NCBI GenBank assembly: GCA_038858525.1
Contig: JAWCFL010000062.1
Coordinates: forward strand, 1-5,500
Length of the DNA: 5,500 nucleotides
Origin: Candidatus Jordarchaeales archaeon
GTDB taxonomy: Archaea; Asgardarchaeota; Jordiarchaeia; Jordiarchaeales; Freyrarchaeaceae
Direction of reading: 5' to 3'
The notes below the pieces were generated by a model. That model did no database searches and was not told the origin of the DNA. It worked only from the letters and a program-made list of their open reading frames with translations. The position numbers and the translations under genes are program-made. Shown piece by piece: positions 3,949 to 5,500 of this stretch (position 1 is the stretch's first letter; every line of letters starts with the position of its first letter).

Positions 3949-5499
3949 TTACTTCTTTCTTCTTCCCTTCTTCTTTTTAACATCATCCCCGTACTTTTCG
4001 CCTTCCTCTTCTTCAGCTTTTTCTCCGCTTTTCTCCTCCGCCTCTTCTTCCTCCAATTCCTCTGCCTTCTTTGCCTCCTCTTTTTCCTCCTGCTTCTCCA
4101 GCTCACTGAGTATCGCTGCGCTTATGTCAGGTGGGACTCCTATGGATGCAAGTAGCCGCTCCCTGTCCGCCGGCGCACTAGCCCTGAGCTCCTTCAGGAC
4201 GGTGACAGCTCCCTCACTGCTCAACCCGCTCTCAACCAGTAATGGCACCAGCTTGTCCACGACCTCAACGGGCATCGCGGCGACTCTTGGCTCGACACCA
4301 ACGATCGCCATCTCCTCCCAGAGAAGGGACAGGATCACGTCGTCCCTACTAAGCGGCTTCTTAACCTCAACTTTGGCACCCTTCTCTATGGCTTCAATCA
4401 AGCTATCTATGCGCCTTATGATTAGAGGTATACGCATCCTCTTCACATAGACGTACCCTGCGAGGCTAGCGGGCGGAGCGATAACTGCAAGCGACACGAT
4501 CAGGAACATCGTCAAAGGTATTCTCACGTTAATCCCAGGTATTGCAACGCTCCTCTCCTTAACGTTCAGCACCTGGAAGGCTTGAGACGACTCGTAGTTC
4601 TCCGCGGAAGCTGAAACTACGATGGGTATGGTGGAGGGGGCGCTCGTTGGAACCACGAGTATGTAGCGTCCATCCCCTATGTATGTTAGTGGTACGCCGT
4701 TAGCAGTCACAGTAGCCCCTGGAACAGGGTTACCGTAAGCATCCTTATACTCGAAAACCAAAACAACAAAGGGAACACTATTCTCAACCTCGCCATAGCC
4801 TCCGAGCAGGACCAAGTATGGTGTAGCCCCTCCGAGGGCGAAGTTGCTCGCCGGAGTAACTGATGCCGCGACTGGAAGTATGCTGAACTCCACCTGCATC
4901 GGCTGAGCAGAGTAGTCCTCCTTGGAGGCGCTGAACACCACAGTGTACTTGCCCGGAAGCATATTGGTCGTATCAATACTAAGCGCGTAGACTCCGCCAC
5001 CTAAACTCTTAAGCTGAGCTTCAAACACGACTACGCCATCCTTCTTTATAACGCAGCTAACATTAGCATTTACAACTGGCACATCATTATGCATGTCCCA
5101 AACAGTAACCGTCAAGTTAAGCGTGTCCCTCCACCGCGTCTCGGAAACCTGAACGTTCTGGATGCTCATCGGAACAGGCTTAACAAACAAGTATATTGTC
5201 TTCTCCACCGGAACGTAGTTCTCTAGTTTGACGGTGAATGCGATGCTGTAGCTTACACCCGAGGAGAGAAGTGAAGTGTTGAAGGTTCCCGTGTAGTTGC
5301 CATCTCCATCCGCGTCGGTGAGAACGCCGATGAACCATGTCCCCTCAATGGAGTAGAAGACGCTTGCCACATTCCTCAGGGGCTCACCCGTAAGATTATC
5401 CTTGCAGTAAACGTAGAATGTGAAGCTGTCCCCAAAGACTACGTCGTATGTAGGCTTAAACTCTACGGATATTGGTCTTGGAGAGATTATTATAATCCT
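3949..5499 (-). CDS. 5'-truncated large cell-surface/membrane protein: at least 3 tandem Ig-like repeats, TM helix, helical cytoplasmic domain and acidic/polybasic tail
   Basis: I translated upstream of GTG 5370 and the frame stays open to the window edge (RIIIISPRPISVEFKPTYDVVFGDSFTFYVYCKDNLTGEPLRNV...), so the gene begins outside the window. It has three ~100-aa beta-rich repeats and 5 N-x-S/T sequons. The TM helix LTMFLIVSLAVIAPPASLAGYVYV (4444-4515) is followed by KRMR. The tail is E-rich and ends KKKKGRRKK. Stop is TAA at 3949-3951. Confidence 0.88.
   Translation of the reverse strand, partial: RIIIISPRPISVEFKPTYDVVFGDSFTFYVYCKDNLTGEPLRNVASVFYSIEGTWFIGVLTDADGDGNYTGTFNTSLLSSGVSYSIAFTVKLENYVPVEKTIYLFVKPVPMSIQNVQVSETRWRDTLNLTVTVWDMHNDVPVVNANVSCVIKKDGVVVFEAQLKSLGGGVYALSIDTTNMLPGKYTVVFSASKEDYSAQPMQVEFSILPVAASVTPASNFALGGATPYLVLLGGYGEVENSVPFVVLVFEYKDAYGNPVPGATVTANGVPLTYIGDGRYILVVPTSAPSTIPIVVSASAENYESSQAFQVLNVKERSVAIPGINVRIPLTMFLIVSLAVIAPPASLAGYVYVKRMRIPLIIRRIDSLIEAIEKGAKVEVKKPLSRDDVILSLLWEEMAIVGVEPRVAAMPVEVVDKLVPLLVESGLSSEGAVTVLKELRASAPADRERLLASIGVPPDISAAILSELEKQEEKEEAKKAEELEEEEAEEKSGEKAEEEEGEKYGDDVKKKKGRRKK
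4561..5499 (-). repeat. Three tandem Ig-like protein repeats in ORF4 (~5182-5499, 4879-5181, 4561-4878)
   Basis: Motifs recur in the same order in each repeat: KDNLTGEPLRNV / WDMHNDVPVVNANV / KDAYGNPVPGATV; DGDGNY / LGGGVY / IGDGRY; KLENY / SKEDY / SAENY. Repeats end in a beta strand followed by xP (FVKP, SILP) or NVK. Confidence 0.75.
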
Positions 5500-5500
5500 G

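Noticed and set aside
3952-3978. Eukaryote-like KKxx ER-retrieval or nuclear localisation signal at the ORF4 C-terminus
   Set aside because: The terminus is GRRKK, with Lys at -1/-2 rather than -3/-4, and there is no evidence of the cognate machinery. It is kept only as a polybasic tail.
3694-4106. Minus-strand ORFs 3694..3912 (hydrophobic) and 3882..4106 (Arg/Lys-rich), and a 41-codon plus-strand ORF at 3809..3934
   Set aside because: They are explained by the local strand skew and by an alternative frame of the ORF4 Glu/Lys tail. They overlap a probable terminator and have no clear RBS.
4124-5000. ORFs 4124..4450 (+) and 4707..5000 (-)
   Set aside because: These are antisense or alternative-frame shadows of ORF4.
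5368-5370. GTG start of ORF4 as given by the ORF track
   Set aside because: The frame continues without a stop to 5499 and encodes the first half of an Ig-like repeat.
5485-5496. GATTATTATAAT, identical to 2501-2512 in the repeat
   Set aside because: It is a single AT-rich 12-mer inside ORF4 coding sequence (Ile run) and lacks the GGTGR half, so it is probably coincidental.

Overview
Archaeal-looking window: AGG/AGA Arg and ATA Ile codons, TATA-like boxes and oligo-T terminators. The protein content points to an Asgard archaeon, probably thermophilic; this is inference. There are four credible CDSs. (1) <1..1335 (+) is the 3' end of a type I membrane protein with a glycosylation-sequon-rich Ig-like beta module, a TM helix, a cytoplasmic longin-like domain and two coiled-coil helical hairpins. 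(2) 1454..2260 (+) is a DUF3786-like protein built from two internally duplicated halves. (3) ~2526..3749 (+) is an archaeal ATPase (COG1672/DUF234 type: P-loop ATPase, winged helix, PD-(D/E)xK nuclease) whose start lies inside a 3 x 15-bp tandem repeat. (4) 3949..>5499 (-) is the 3' end of a large surface protein with at least 3 tandem Ig-like repeats, a TM helix, a helical cytoplasmic domain and an acidic-then-polybasic tail. No rRNA, tRNA, CRISPR array or transposase was seen. The most notable items are the receptor-like Ig-TM-longin-hairpin architecture and the palindrome-containing repeat over the ATPase-nuclease start. All domain calls come from motif recognition by eye, not database searches.
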